DNA of 49,125 nucleotides. It comes from Dehalococcoidales bacterium. GTDB taxonomy: Bacteria; Chloroflexota; Dehalococcoidia; Dehalococcoidales; RBG-16-60-22. Position numbers and translations under genes: made by a program. Below the pieces are notes generated by a model. It saw only the letters and a program-made list of their open reading frames with translations. It was not told where the DNA came from and did no database searches. Numbering within the stretch: position 1 is the stretch's first letter; each line of letters starts with the position of its first letter. The stretch spans positions 1 to 49,125 of the forward strand of contig DAOUEP010000027.1 of the NCBI GenBank assembly GCA_034430515.1. The letters are read 5' to 3'. Positions 1 through 8,338 of the stretch are shown piece after piece.

Positions 1-80
1 CGCTAGCCCCTCTCAAAATAATCTTCCCCCTTCCCCCAGGGGAAGGGGGATAAAGGGGGATGGGGGAACAGAGATTAAGG
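1..80. repeat. Edge-truncated copy of the hairpin-module intergenic repeat family
   Basis: It starts with half of the GAGGGGC-nnnn-GCCCCTC palindrome also seen at 33583-33604 and 45635-45655. A perfect 12-nt-arm hairpin follows, TCCCCCTTCCCC (25-36) / GGGGAAGGGGGA (39-50). Confidence 0.6.
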
Positions 81-81
81 G

Positions 82-1605
82 CTAATCGTCGGCGCGGCGC
101 GGGCGGTACTGGACGGCCTCGGCAACGTGGTGGGTCTTAATTATATCGCTGGCCTCCAGGTCGGCGATGGTCAGCGCCAGCTTGAGGATGCGGTGGAAGG
201 CGCGGGCGGAAAGATGCAGCTGGTTCATGGCCGTCTTGAGCAGCCCCTGGGCGGCCTCCTCCACCTGGCACAGCTCGCGTATCTCGGCGGGGGTCATCTC
301 GGCGTTGCTGGTAAGAGCCGTCTCCTTAAAGCGCTTGAGCTGTCGGGCGCGGGCCGCCGCCACCCTGGCCTGCACGGCTTGCGAAGGCTCGCCGAGACGG
401 TCGTCGGTGAGCTTTTCGTAGTCGATGTGGGGCACCTCGACGAAGATGTCCACCCGGTCGAGGAAAGGCCCGCTGATGCGCCGCTGGTAGCGCGCCACCA
501 GCCCCGGCGGGCAGGTGCAGACGTGGAAGGGGTCGCCGTGGAAACCGCAGGGGCAGGGATTCATCGCCCCCACCAGCATGAAGCTGGCCGGGAAGGTTAC
601 CCGCCCCTGGGCGCGCGAGATGGTGACGACCTTGTCCTCCAGCGGCTGGCGCAGCACCTCCAGCAGGGAGTGCCCGAACTCGGGCAGCTCGTCGAGGAAG
701 AGCACGCCGCGGTGGGAGAGGCTGATTTCCCCCGGGTGCGGCCAGTGCCCCCCGCCCACCAGCCCGGCGTTGGAGATGGTGTGGTGTGGGGCGCGGAAGG
801 GCCGCTGGCGTATCAGAGAGCTGTCCGCCGGCAGCAGCCCGCTGACGCTGTAGATTTTGGTTACCTCCAGCGACTCGCCGGCGGTCATCGGCGGCAGGAT
901 GGTGGGCAGCGAGCGGGCCAGCAGGGTCTTGCCGCTGCCCGGCGGGCCGCACATAATCATGTTGTGGGCCCCGGCGGCGGCCACTTCCAAAGCGCGCTTG
1001 ACGTGCTCCTGCCCCTTGATGTCGCTTAGGTCGGTGAGGTGGGACAGGGACGCCGGTTCGATTTCGGATGCCTCCGGCCGGTACTCCGGGGCGGCTGTCT
1101 CGCCGCGCAGGTAGCTCACCAGCTGGGTCAGCGATTTCATGGGGATAATCCTGATACCTTCGATGACCGAGGCCTCGGCGGCGTCGGCATCTGGCACGAT
1201 GACGCTGGGGATGCCTTCCGCCTGGGCCAGGGCCACCATGGGCAGGACGCCGTTGGTGTGGCGCAGGCCGCCGTCCAGGGAAAGCTCGCCGAGGAACATT
1301 GTATCGCTTACGTCGGCGCTGACCTGCCCCGAACTCAGCAGGATGCCCACGGCGATGGGCAGGTCGTAGGCGGGGCCGGCCTTCTTGAGGTTGGCGGGGG
1401 CCAGGTTGACGACGATGCGCCGGGTGGGGAAGCTGCCGCCGGAGTTGCGGATGGCGGCGCGGACGCGCTCGCGGGCCTCCTGCACGGCGGCGTCCGGCAG
1501 GCCGACGATGGTAAAGGACGGCAGCCCGGCGGAGATGTCCACCTCCACCTCGACGACGGCCCCGTCCAGCCCCACGATGGCGCCGCTGCGTACCTTGGCT
1601 AACAT
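82..1605 (-). CDS. comM: Mg-chelatase-like AAA+ protein, YifB/ComM family
   Basis: 507-aa ORF. The N-terminal Lon-protease-like domain reads MLAKVRSGAIVGLDG..VEVEVD. The Walker A is GPPGSGKT, and the C-terminal Mg-chelatase subunit ChlI-like region is present. Confidence 0.9.
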   Translation of the reverse strand: MLAKVRSGAIVGLDGAVVEVEVDISAGLPSFTIVGLPDAAVQEARERVRAAIRNSGGSFPTRRIVVNLAPANLKKAGPAYDLPIAVGILLSSGQVSADVSDTMFLGELSLDGGLRHTNGVLPMVALAQAEGIPSVIVPDADAAEASVIEGIRIIPMKSLTQLVSYLRGETAAPEYRPEASEIEPASLSHLTDLSDIKGQEHVKRALEVAAAGAHNMIMCGPPGSGKTLLARSLPTILPPMTAGESLEVTKIYSVSGLLPADSSLIRQRPFRAPHHTISNAGLVGGGHWPHPGEISLSHRGVLFLDELPEFGHSLLEVLRQPLEDKVVTISRAQGRVTFPASFMLVGAMNPCPCGFHGDPFHVCTCPPGLVARYQRRISGPFLDRVDIFVEVPHIDYEKLTDDRLGEPSQAVQARVAAARARQLKRFKETALTSNAEMTPAEIRELCQVEEAAQGLLKTAMNQLHLSARAFHRILKLALTIADLEASDIIKTHHVAEAVQYRPRRADD

Positions 1606-1663
1606 CGGCCCTATTGTAGCTTAAAGACGGGCCAGATGGCAAAGAGGAGGTGGTATCTACGGC

Positions 1664-1729
1664 ATAAGCCGAGGATGTGCCGAGGGTGGTTTGGGTGGGA
1701 ATAGATAACTCCGAGGGGCGGGGGCTGGA
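1664..1729 (+). repeat. Solo arm copy of the repeat family (core GGGTGGGAATAGATA at 1693-1707)
   Basis: ATAAGCCGAGGATGTGCCGAGGGTGGTTTGGGTGGGAATAGATAACTCCGAGGGGCGGGGGCTGGA is near-identical to the reverse complement of 10264-10332. Confidence 0.85.
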
Positions 1730-1748
1730 AAATTAAGCCAGAAAGAAA

Positions 1749-1824
1749 TGGAGCGGAAGACGAGATTCGAACTCGCGACCTTCTCCTTGGCAAGGAGACG
1801 TTCTAGCCACTGAACTACTTCCGC
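1749..1824 (-). tRNA. tRNA-Gly (anticodon GCC), CCA encoded
   Basis: The reverse complement reads GCGGAAGTAGTTCAGTGG...CTCCTTGCCAAGGAG...GGTTCGAATC...CTTCCGCTCCA. The cloverleaf folds and the anticodon loop is TTGCCAA. Confidence 0.92.
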
Positions 1825-1833
1825 CCGCTGGCG

Positions 1834-1909
1834 TGGTGCCGAGGCCCAGATTTGAACTGGGGACACCTTGATTTTCAGTCAAGTGCTCTACCAACTGAGC
1901 TACCTCGGC
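1834..1909 (-). tRNA. tRNA-Phe (anticodon GAA), CCA encoded
   Basis: The reverse complement reads GCCGAGGTAGCTCAGTTGGTAGAGC ACTTGACTGAAAATCAAG ... GGTTCAAATCTGGGCCTCGGCACCA. Confidence 0.92.
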
Positions 1910-1919
1910 AAACAGCTAT

Positions 1920-1948
1920 ATTTTACTTGAGAACAGGGTTGCAGTCAA
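1920..1948 (-). promoter_or_regulatory. Sigma70-type promoter for the tRNA-Phe/tRNA-Gly unit
   Basis: The minus strand reads TTGACT, a 17-nt spacer, then TAAAAT. The -10 ends 10 nt before the mature tRNA-Phe 5' end. Confidence 0.7.
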
Positions 1949-1972
1949 GAATGAAGCGCGCGGTAAAAATCC

Positions 1973-2368
1973 TCATCGCAATTTCCATATATCCAGCCAG
2001 TGGAGCGGCAGGAGCTCCTTCAGGGTAATCGTTTCCTGCTGGCTGAGGATTATCTTCGTCGCCGCGTTGGCCGGGTTAATCTGGTAAATCAGCTCCCGGC
2101 ACCTCCCGCAGGGCGTGGCGGGCTCTTTTTTCAGGTTAACGGCGGCCAGCATCTCGATTTCCGACTCGTGGTGCTTGAGCATCTCGGCGATGGCAGAGTG
2201 CTCGGCGCAGAAGCCGATGCCGCAGGACGCATCGATGCAAACGCCGGTATACACGTTACCGGCCCTGGTCAGTATCGCCGCCCCTACGGAGCCGCTTTCA
2301 CACTCGCGGCTGGGCTTATAGACGCCGGTTACGCTATGGGCTTTATCAATCAGTTCCGGTATGGTCAT
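1973..2368 (-). CDS. cdd: Cytidine deaminase
   Basis: The zinc motifs CAEHSAIAEM and PCGRCRELI are present. I chose the ATG at 2368 (MTIPELIDKA) because AGGAG sits 7 nt upstream; the ORF track start at 2398 has no SD. Confidence 0.85.
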   Translation of the reverse strand: MTIPELIDKAHSVTGVYKPSRECESGSVGAAILTRAGNVYTGVCIDASCGIGFCAEHSAIAEMLKHHESEIEMLAAVNLKKEPATPCGRCRELIYQINPANAATKIILSQQETITLKELLPLHWLDIWKLR

Positions 2369-2481
2369 TGTTGAGTCTCCTGTTCTTGTTATCAGCACTA
2401 TTATACCTTATCCCCCGATTGACAACCTTATTCCGATATGTAATGATATATCGTTATAATTTGCCGGCGAGGGTGGAGCGC

Positions 2482-3729
2482 ATGTCTGACCAGGTCGCTG
2501 CCGAGGCTAGCCACAGGAAAATCTGGGGCATGCACCACAATATCTTCTTCCTGGGGCTGGTCAGCCTCCTCACCGATACTTCCAGCGAGATGATTTTCAC
2601 CCTCGTTCCCCTCTTTGTCTTTAATGTCCTCGGTGCCGGTGCCCTGGTGGTTGGTCTTATCGGCGGCCTCTCCGAGAGCTTCGATGCCATTTTCCGTATC
2701 TTCAGCGGCCGGCTCAGCGACCGCATTAAAAAGCGCAAGCTACTGGCGGTGCTCGGCTACGGTTTCTCCACCCTGTGCAAGCCCTTCATGCTGCTGGCCT
2801 CGGTATGGGGCGGGGTGCTGGCCGTCCGCTTCGGCGACCGGGTCGGCAAAGGTATCCGTACCTCGCCGCGCGATGCCCTCATCGCCGATTCCGTCGGTCT
2901 GGACAAAAGGGGCAAAGGCTTTGGCATCCACCGCGCCATGGATACCGCCGGGGCGGTCATCGGCCTGGCCATCGCCGCCGTCATCATCTACGCTATCCAG
3001 GGCGGCAGCCTCGACCTCGGTAAGGAGTCTTACCGCTGGCTGGTAATCGTGGGGGTGATACCCGCCGTGCTGGCGGTGCTGGTCCTGCTGGCCTTCGTCC
3101 ACGAAAGGGGCCTGCCGAAAAGCTCCGCACCGAAGGCCGCCGACCTCGTGGCGCCGGCAGCCGCCTTCAGCACCCGGTTCAAGCTTTACCTGGCTATCAT
3201 GGCTATCTTTACCCTGGGCAACTCCAGCGATTTTTTCGTCATCCTGCGGGCGCAGAACCTGGGCACTAACGTTCTGAACATCACCCTGATGCTCGTCCTG
3301 TTCAATGTTACCTACGTCGCCACCTCGGTGCCGGCGGGCATACTCTCCGACCGCCTCGGGCGGCGGGGGCTTATCGCCCTGGGCTGGACAATCTACGCCC
3401 TCGTCTATCTCGGCTTCGCCCTGGCGACGAATATATGGCAGGTCTGGGTGCTCTTCGCCGGTTACGGCGTCTATTACGGCATCGTGGAGGGCGTGGCCCG
3501 CGCCTTTGTCGCCGACCTCGTCCCCCCGGCCAGAAGGGGCACGGCCTACGGCTATTATCACGGCGTGGTAGGGCTGACGCTGCTGCCGGCGAGCGTCCTG
3601 GCCGGTTGGCTGTGGAGTGTTTTAAGCCCGGCGGCGCCGTTCTATCTGGGGGCCGGTATGGCCTTCCTGGCGTTGCTGGCGTTGCTGGCGCTGCTGAAGG
3701 AGCCGCGTAGAAGCGCTATTCCAGTATAA
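2482..3729 (+). CDS. MFS transporter
   Basis: The protein has about 12 hydrophobic segments and an MFS-like loop GRLSDRIKKRK. The ATG at 2482 is preceded by GGTGGAG. The track extension to 2368 runs through the AT-rich promoter region (TTGACA at 2419-2424). Confidence 0.8.
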   Translation: MSDQVAAEASHRKIWGMHHNIFFLGLVSLLTDTSSEMIFTLVPLFVFNVLGAGALVVGLIGGLSESFDAIFRIFSGRLSDRIKKRKLLAVLGYGFSTLCKPFMLLASVWGGVLAVRFGDRVGKGIRTSPRDALIADSVGLDKRGKGFGIHRAMDTAGAVIGLAIAAVIIYAIQGGSLDLGKESYRWLVIVGVIPAVLAVLVLLAFVHERGLPKSSAPKAADLVAPAAAFSTRFKLYLAIMAIFTLGNSSDFFVILRAQNLGTNVLNITLMLVLFNVTYVATSVPAGILSDRLGRRGLIALGWTIYALVYLGFALATNIWQVWVLFAGYGVYYGIVEGVARAFVADLVPPARRGTAYGYYHGVVGLTLLPASVLAGWLWSVLSPAAPFYLGAGMAFLALLALLALLKEPRRSAIPV

Positions 3730-4546
3730 CGTTATCAATGAGCCTCGTTTTACCTATCTTCACCGCCAGCGATACCAGCGCCGGGGGCCGGAGGCGGTGC
3801 ATCTCCTTGAGGGTGATGGCATCGGCCACGGAGACGTAGTCGATGTCGGCCAGGGGCTCTTTCTCGATAAGCTCGGTCATCTCGCGGCGGATGGCGCCGG
3901 CGTCCTTCTCGCCCCGCGCCCAGTGCCGCCGGGCCAGCTCCAGCGCCCGGTAGAGGACGGCAGCGGCCTGACGCTGCTCGGCGTTGAGGTAGGTATTGCG
4001 GCTGCTCATGGCCAGGCCGTCGGACTCGCGCACGGTGGGGCAGGCCACCACCGCCAGGTTCATGTTGAGGTCGCCGACCATCTTCTTGATGACGGCCAGC
4101 TGCTGGGCGTCCTTCTGGCCGAAGTAGGCCTTGTCCGGGCTGACGATATTGAACAGTTTGGCGACGACGGTGGCCACGCCGCGAAAGTGGCCGGGGCGGC
4201 TGGCGCCTTCCAGCCGGCTGGCAACGTCGCCCGGCGTTACCCAGGTATCGCCGCCCTCCGGGTACATCTCCTCGACTTCCGGCATGAAGCAAATATCGGT
4301 CAGCGGCTCTAAAAGCCCCAGGTCGCGCTCGGTATCGCGGGGATAGCCCCGGAAGTCTTCCTTGGGGCCGAACTGGGTGGGGTTGACGAAGATGCTGGCG
4401 ACGACGGTCGGGCACTCTTCCCGGGCGCGTCTTACCAGCGCCAGGTGGCCTTCGTGGAGGTAGCCCATAGTGGGGACGAAGCCGACCGGCGCGGCGGCCT
4501 GGAGCCGCATTGCCCGCATCTCTGGAATTGTCTTGATGACCTGCAT
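3716..4546 (-). CDS. panC: Pantoate--beta-alanine ligase
   Basis: The sequence GFVPTMGYLHEGHLALVRRA matches the HIGH-type motif of PanC, and the protein is full length at 276 aa. Confidence 0.95.
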   Translation of the reverse strand: MQVIKTIPEMRAMRLQAAAPVGFVPTMGYLHEGHLALVRRAREECPTVVASIFVNPTQFGPKEDFRGYPRDTERDLGLLEPLTDICFMPEVEEMYPEGGDTWVTPGDVASRLEGASRPGHFRGVATVVAKLFNIVSPDKAYFGQKDAQQLAVIKKMVGDLNMNLAVVACPTVRESDGLAMSSRNTYLNAEQRQAAAVLYRALELARRHWARGEKDAGAIRREMTELIEKEPLADIDYVSVADAITLKEMHRLRPPALVSLAVKIGKTRLIDNVILE

Positions 4547-4571
4547 TTGGTTGTCTATCTGAGGGGGATTT

Positions 4572-5399
4572 TTACTCCAACCCTTTCAAGACGCTCTCGT
4601 CCATGGGGAAGCTCTGGGCGTCGGTGGGGAACTGGCGGGCCTTGACCTCCTGGTGGTACTGGGAGATAGCTGTTGACATAATATTGGCAAGCCTGGCGTA
4701 CTGCTTGGCGTGCTTGGGGACGAAGTCGGTATAGGAGCCGAGGATATCGTTGATGACCTGCACCTGGCCGTCGCAGCCGGCCCCGGCGCCGATGCCGATG
4801 GTGGGGATGCTTATCCTGCGGGTTATCAGGGTGGCCAGGGGGGCGGGGACGGTCTCCAGCACCACGGCGAAGGCTCCGGCCCGGTCGAGGGCGATGGCGT
4901 CGTCGAGGAGCTTTTTGGCCGCCTCCGGGGTCTTGCCCTGGATTTTATGCCCGCCGAGGGCGTTGATGGACTGGGGCGTGAGGCCGATGTGCCCCATCAC
5001 CGGGATGCCGCAGTCGACGATGCGCCGCACCTTATCGGCGACGGTGACGCCGCCTTCCAGCTTGACGGCCTGACAGCCGGTCTCCTGGAGGAAGCGCCCG
5101 GCGTTGCCCAGGGCCTGCTCGGCGCTGAGGTGGTAGGTCATGAAGGGCATGTCGCCGACGACGAGGGCGTTTTTAGCTCCGCGCACCACCGCCCTGGTGT
5201 GGTGCAGCATGACTTCCAGCGTCACCGGGATAGTAGAATCGTAGCCGAGGACGACCATCCCCAGCGAGTCGCCGACGAGGATAAGGGGCACGCCCGCTTC
5301 GTCGACGATGCGGGCGGTGGTGTAATCGTAAGCGGTGAGCATGGTAATCGGCTCGCCCTTACGTTTCATTTCCCGGATGGTACCGACGTTGACTCTCAC
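4572..5399 (-). CDS. panB: 3-methyl-2-oxobutanoate hydroxymethyltransferase
   Basis: The sequence reads ITMLTAYDYTTARIVDEAGVPLILVGDSLGMVVLGYDST. Confidence 0.95.
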   Translation of the reverse strand: MRVNVGTIREMKRKGEPITMLTAYDYTTARIVDEAGVPLILVGDSLGMVVLGYDSTIPVTLEVMLHHTRAVVRGAKNALVVGDMPFMTYHLSAEQALGNAGRFLQETGCQAVKLEGGVTVADKVRRIVDCGIPVMGHIGLTPQSINALGGHKIQGKTPEAAKKLLDDAIALDRAGAFAVVLETVPAPLATLITRRISIPTIGIGAGAGCDGQVQVINDILGSYTDFVPKHAKQYARLANIMSTAISQYHQEVKARQFPTDAQSFPMDESVLKGLE

Positions 5400-5408
5400 G
5401 GTGTCTCC

Positions 5409-5780
5409 TTAGCTGAAAATGCGCTCGTCCACCGGCTCGATAATCTCGTTGCGCTCGTTAACGTGGATGATGATGGGCCGGTAGCCGGGGATGGCCTCCT
5501 CCGGCACCTCGTGGTAGGTGAGGATGATGCAGAGGTCGCCGGGGACGGCCAGGCGGGCCGCGGCCCCGTTGAGGCAGATTTCACCGCTGCCGGCCTTCCC
5601 CTCGATGGCGTAGGTAGTGAAGCGGGCGCCGTTATTGATGTTGAGCACCTGCACCTGCTCGTAGGGGACGATGTCGGCGGCCTGCATCAATCTGGTGTCG
5701 ATGGTGATGCTGCCCTCGTAGTTGATGTTGGCGTCGGTGACGGTGGCCCGGTGGATTTTGCTTTTGAGCATGTTTCTCAT
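5409..5780 (-). CDS. panD: Aspartate 1-decarboxylase
   Basis: The sequence reads [25 protein letters not shown], containing the pyruvoyl-forming G-S site. Confidence 0.95.
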   Translation of the reverse strand: MRNMLKSKIHRATVTDANINYEGSITIDTRLMQAADIVPYEQVQVLNINNGARFTTYAIEGKAGSGEICLNGAAARLAVPGDLCIILTYHEVPEEAIPGYRPIIIHVNERNEIIEPVDERIFS

Positions 5781-5805
5781 TGGACTTCCCCCTCAAGGTA
5801 TTTGG

Positions 5806-6654
5806 TCAATCGGCCTGGAGAACGGCCTCCAATTGCTTCGCCTGCTCGGCGTCTATCTTTCCCTTGGCCCGGGCGATGGGTACGGTCTGCAAGCCCAGCT
5901 CGCGGTAGGGGGCCAGCAGGGCCGGGGCCTGGTCGCCCAGGGCCTTGAGGTGCTTACTGATGGTGCCGGTATCCCCGCGGGCGATGGGCCCGGTGAGGCA
6001 GCCGGGGATGCCGATGGTCTCGATGTTGTGGAGGGTGCCGCGGATGAGAGGGAGGAGGGCCTGGGTGGCCCGGTCGGGGGGGATATTAAAGGTCTGCCAG
6101 AGGTCGGTGGCCATTTTGACCAGGGTGACCAGGTAGTTGCAGGCGAAGACGGCGGCGGCGTGGTAGGCCACTTTGTCTCCGGCCTCAAGCCTTATCCAGT
6201 GCCCGCCCAGGGCCTCGGCCATGGCCTTGAGGGTGGTCAGCAGGGGCTCTTCGGCCTCGATGCCGAAGGTGGAGCCGGGGATGTTGGCCACGGCCTCGCG
6301 GATGCCGGCGAAGGTCTGGAGGGGGTGGAAACCGCCGACCTGTGCTCCGGCCTTTCGCGCCGGCTCCAGGATGGCCACCGAATCGGCGCCGGAGCAGTGG
6401 ACGACGCTCTGGCCGCGCCGCCACTTTGCTTCGTTGGCGACGGTGCCGATGGCGTCGTCCGGCGTGGTTATAAAGATTAAGTCGGCGGCGTTGGCCACGG
6501 CCTGGTTGCTGTCCATGATGTGCAGGTTGCTGACCGCGCCGGAGGGCCGGCGCCCGCGCCGGGACGCCCCGACGAACTGGTAGCCCTTCTGGCTGAGGAG
6601 CAGCGCCAGTGCGGTTCCTACAGTACCGGCCCCGATGAATCCTATCTTGAGCAT
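5806..6654 (-). CDS. Rossmann-fold oxidoreductase (DUF2520-type); putative PanG-like ketopantoate reductase
   Basis: The N-terminus MLKIGFIGAGTVGTAL is a dinucleotide-binding fold. It is the first gene of the pan operon. The ATG at 6654 follows GAGAGG. The functional call is inferred from context and family memory. Confidence 0.6.
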   Translation of the reverse strand: MLKIGFIGAGTVGTALALLLSQKGYQFVGASRRGRRPSGAVSNLHIMDSNQAVANAADLIFITTPDDAIGTVANEAKWRRGQSVVHCSGADSVAILEPARKAGAQVGGFHPLQTFAGIREAVANIPGSTFGIEAEEPLLTTLKAMAEALGGHWIRLEAGDKVAYHAAAVFACNYLVTLVKMATDLWQTFNIPPDRATQALLPLIRGTLHNIETIGIPGCLTGPIARGDTGTISKHLKALGDQAPALLAPYRELGLQTVPIARAKGKIDAEQAKQLEAVLQAD

Positions 6655-6664
6655 CTTACCTCTC

Positions 6665-6698
6665 AAATAAAAAACCCTCTCAGCTAGACTGAGAGGGC
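6665..6698 (-). terminator. Intrinsic terminator inside the pan operon leader (attenuator)
   Basis: The minus strand reads GCCCTCTCAG-TCTAG-CTGAGAGGG-TTTTTTATTT, a 9-bp stem with a 5-nt loop and a U tract. It ends about 11 nt before the panG-like start. No minus-strand gene lies upstream that it could terminate. Confidence 0.75.
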
Positions 6699-6811
6699 AA
6701 AAGTGACAGGGTTGTATTGGTGCCGTCTCGGTCGTTGCCGATCCAAGCGACTTATTTTATTAAGGTCAATACTCCCGGCTCACCGCCATTACGGTCGGTG
6801 GCCTACTATAA

Positions 6812-6841
6812 ATTCTACGCCTGTTCTTTCTCTCCTGTCAA
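6812..6841 (-). promoter_or_regulatory. Candidate promoter of the pan operon
   Basis: The minus strand reads TTGACA, an 18-nt spacer, then TAGAAT. This gives a leader of about 140 nt. Confidence 0.5.
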
Positions 6842-6846
6842 GTGGA

Positions 6847-6874
6847 TTGATATCACAAAACGGTATGTTATAAT
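6847..6874 (+). promoter_or_regulatory. Promoter of hisA-hisI
   Basis: TTGATA, a 16-nt spacer, then TGtTATAAT (extended -10). Confidence 0.65.
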
Positions 6875-6922
6875 GAAAATACCATTGATTTTTGCCCGAT
6901 TTCCCCGCTGAGGAGGCCCCAA

Positions 6923-7642
6923 ATAGAAGTAATACCGGCCATCGACCTGCGCGGCGGGCGCTGCGTGCGCCTCTACCAGGGCGATTACAACCAGGAGACA
7001 GTCTTCGCCGACGACCCGCTGGAGGTAGCCCTCCGGTGGCAGTCGCTGGGGGCGCCGCGCCTGCACGTGGTTGACCTCGACGGCGCCGCCTCCGGCCGGG
7101 TGGAGAACCTGGAAATCATCCGCGACATCGCCCGGGCTATACTCATCCCCGTCCAGATGGGCGGCGGCATCCGCGACCTGGCCACCGTCGAGAGCCTGCT
7201 TAAGGAGGGCATCGAGCGCGTGATACTGGGGACGGCCGCCGCCGAAGACCACGACCTCATCAAAGATGCCTGCCGGCGCTTCCGCGACTCGCTCGTCGTC
7301 GGCATCGACGCCCGCGAAGGTCTGGTCGCCACGCGGGGCTGGCTCAAGGACACCGGCCAGCCGGCGCTGGAGCTGGCCCGGGATATGGCCGACCTAGGCG
7401 TACGGCGCTTCGTCTATACCGATATTGGCCGCGACGGCACCCTGACCGAGCCGAACTTCGCCGCCATCGCCGAGATAATCGAGGCGCTGCGGGTGCCGGT
7501 CATCGCCGCCGGCGGCATTACCACCATCAACCACCTCCAGATGCTGGACAAGCTCGGCGCCGAGGGGGCCATCGTGGGACGGGCGCTCTATACCGGGGAT
7601 ATCGAGTTCAAGGCGGCGCTTAAGGCGACCAGCCGGCTGTAA
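6923..7642 (+). CDS. hisA: ProFAR isomerase HisA
   Basis: The conserved N-terminus [22 protein letters not shown] lies upstream of the track start at 6965. There is no in-frame ATG/GTG/TTG, and AGGAGG (6911-6916) sits 6 nt before the ATA at 6923. Confidence 0.85.
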   Translation: MEVIPAIDLRGGRCVRLYQGDYNQETVFADDPLEVALRWQSLGAPRLHVVDLDGAASGRVENLEIIRDIARAILIPVQMGGGIRDLATVESLLKEGIERVILGTAAAEDHDLIKDACRRFRDSLVVGIDAREGLVATRGWLKDTGQPALELARDMADLGVRRFVYTDIGRDGTLTEPNFAAIAEIIEALRVPVIAAGGITTINHLQMLDKLGAEGAIVGRALYTGDIEFKAALKATSRL

Positions 7643-7671
7643 AAGATAAGATACGAGGAAGGGTTATATCC

Positions 7672-7995
7672 GTGAGCAAGCTTAAATTCAACGATAAGGG
7701 CCTGATACCGGCCATCGTCCAGGACGAGGCCACCGGCGAGGTGCTCATGCTGGGCTACATGAACGCGGAGTCCATCCGGCGCACGCTTGCCAGCGGCGAG
7801 GTGTGGTTCTTCAGCCGCTCGCGCCAGGAGCTCTGGCACAAGGGGGAGACCTCCGGCAACAAGCTCCTGGTGCGCCAGCTCTGGCGCGACTGCGATAACG
7901 ATACTATCCTGGTGAAGGCCAGGCCCACCGGGCCGGTCTGCCACACCGGGAATAAGACGTGCTTTTTTGAGGAGCTGACGCAAGAGGATTTGTAG
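7672..7995 (+). CDS. hisI: Phosphoribosyl-AMP cyclohydrolase
   Basis: The sequence contains GLIPAIVQD...MLGYMN...[17 protein letters not shown]...DCD.D..L....GP.CHTG. Confidence 0.93.
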   Translation: MSKLKFNDKGLIPAIVQDEATGEVLMLGYMNAESIRRTLASGEVWFFSRSRQELWHKGETSGNKLLVRQLWRDCDNDTILVKARPTGPVCHTGNKTCFFEELTQEDL

Positions 7996-8270
7996 TTTTC
8001 TTGAAGGCGGGGTAGTTTTTTACCTCGCCCTCTTTGTCCCTGTGAGGAAATCCCCCTTAATCCCCCTTTTTCAAAGGGGGAAACTGTGAAAGAAAGATAA
8101 GACGTTATAGCTTCTCCCTTTGGCAAAGGGAGAACGAGAGGGATTTTGGAGGGGAGGGGCAAAACCCTCGCGCTAAGCGGCGGATGCCGCGAGGGTGTTT
8201 ACCCGCCGAAGCTTCAGCGCAGGCGGGGCTAGGGTGGGAATAGATAACACCGAGGGGCGGAGAGGAGATA
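7993..8270 (+). repeat. Composite repeat element (modules M1, M2, M3 and M4 with insert; core at 8232-8246)
   Basis: It shares TAGTTTTCTTnAAGnCGGGGTAG...TACCTC with 33468-33505. Its hairpins CCCCCTTTTTCAAAGGGGG and CTCCCTTTGGCAAAGGGAG, and GCTAAGCGGCGGATGCCGCGAGGG...GGGTGGGAATAGATA, are shared with the 25.6, 33.7 and 45.8 kb copies. Confidence 0.9.
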
Positions 8271-8289
8271 AGATTACCCCCGGCCACGA

Positions 8290-8318
8290 TTGACGCCTGG
8301 CCCTAAAACTGGTATAAT
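8290..8318 (+). promoter_or_regulatory. Promoter of rplU-rpmA(-rpmE)
   Basis: TTGACG (8290-8295), a 17-nt spacer, then TGgTATAAT (TATAAT at 8313-8318). Confidence 0.8.
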
Positions 8319-8338
8319 ATTACCTTTGGAGGCCCAAA

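Noticed and set aside
326-1642. Long alternative-frame and antisense ORFs throughout the window. Examples: 326-1642(-), 4710-5948(+), 10943-12298(+), 16250-17557(+), 24467-25447(-), 27063-28919(-), 31366-32271(-), 38102-39025(-), 41614-42615(-), 44024-44962(-).
   Set aside because: Their translations are low-complexity Arg/Gly/Ala/Pro-rich strings typical of stop-poor off-frames in high-GC DNA. Each overlaps a gene with a clearly recognisable conserved protein on the other frame or strand.
1693-1725. G-quadruplex formation by the repeat core (GGGTGGG...GGGGCGGGGG).
   Set aside because: The G runs exist, but the central loop is 15-17 nt and the same regions form strong Watson-Crick hairpins. 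The sequence alone gives no way to support a G4.
7993-8270. Possibility that the repeated hairpins are a CRISPR array.
   Set aside because: There is no regular repeat-spacer periodicity and the modules differ in sequence and orientation. Copies are dispersed singly at gene ends, and no cas genes are in the window.
8105-8287. ORFs of 60-109 aa lying inside repeat elements: 1611-1793, 1657-1866, 8105-8287, 25545-25772, 25608-25868, 33670-33855, 45785-46114, 45910-46092.
   Set aside because: They share peptide strings (GIRRLAR, PLQRGT, SLCQRE) only because they translate the same DNA repeat. They occur in different frames and orientations, lack SD sequences, and some run through tRNA genes.
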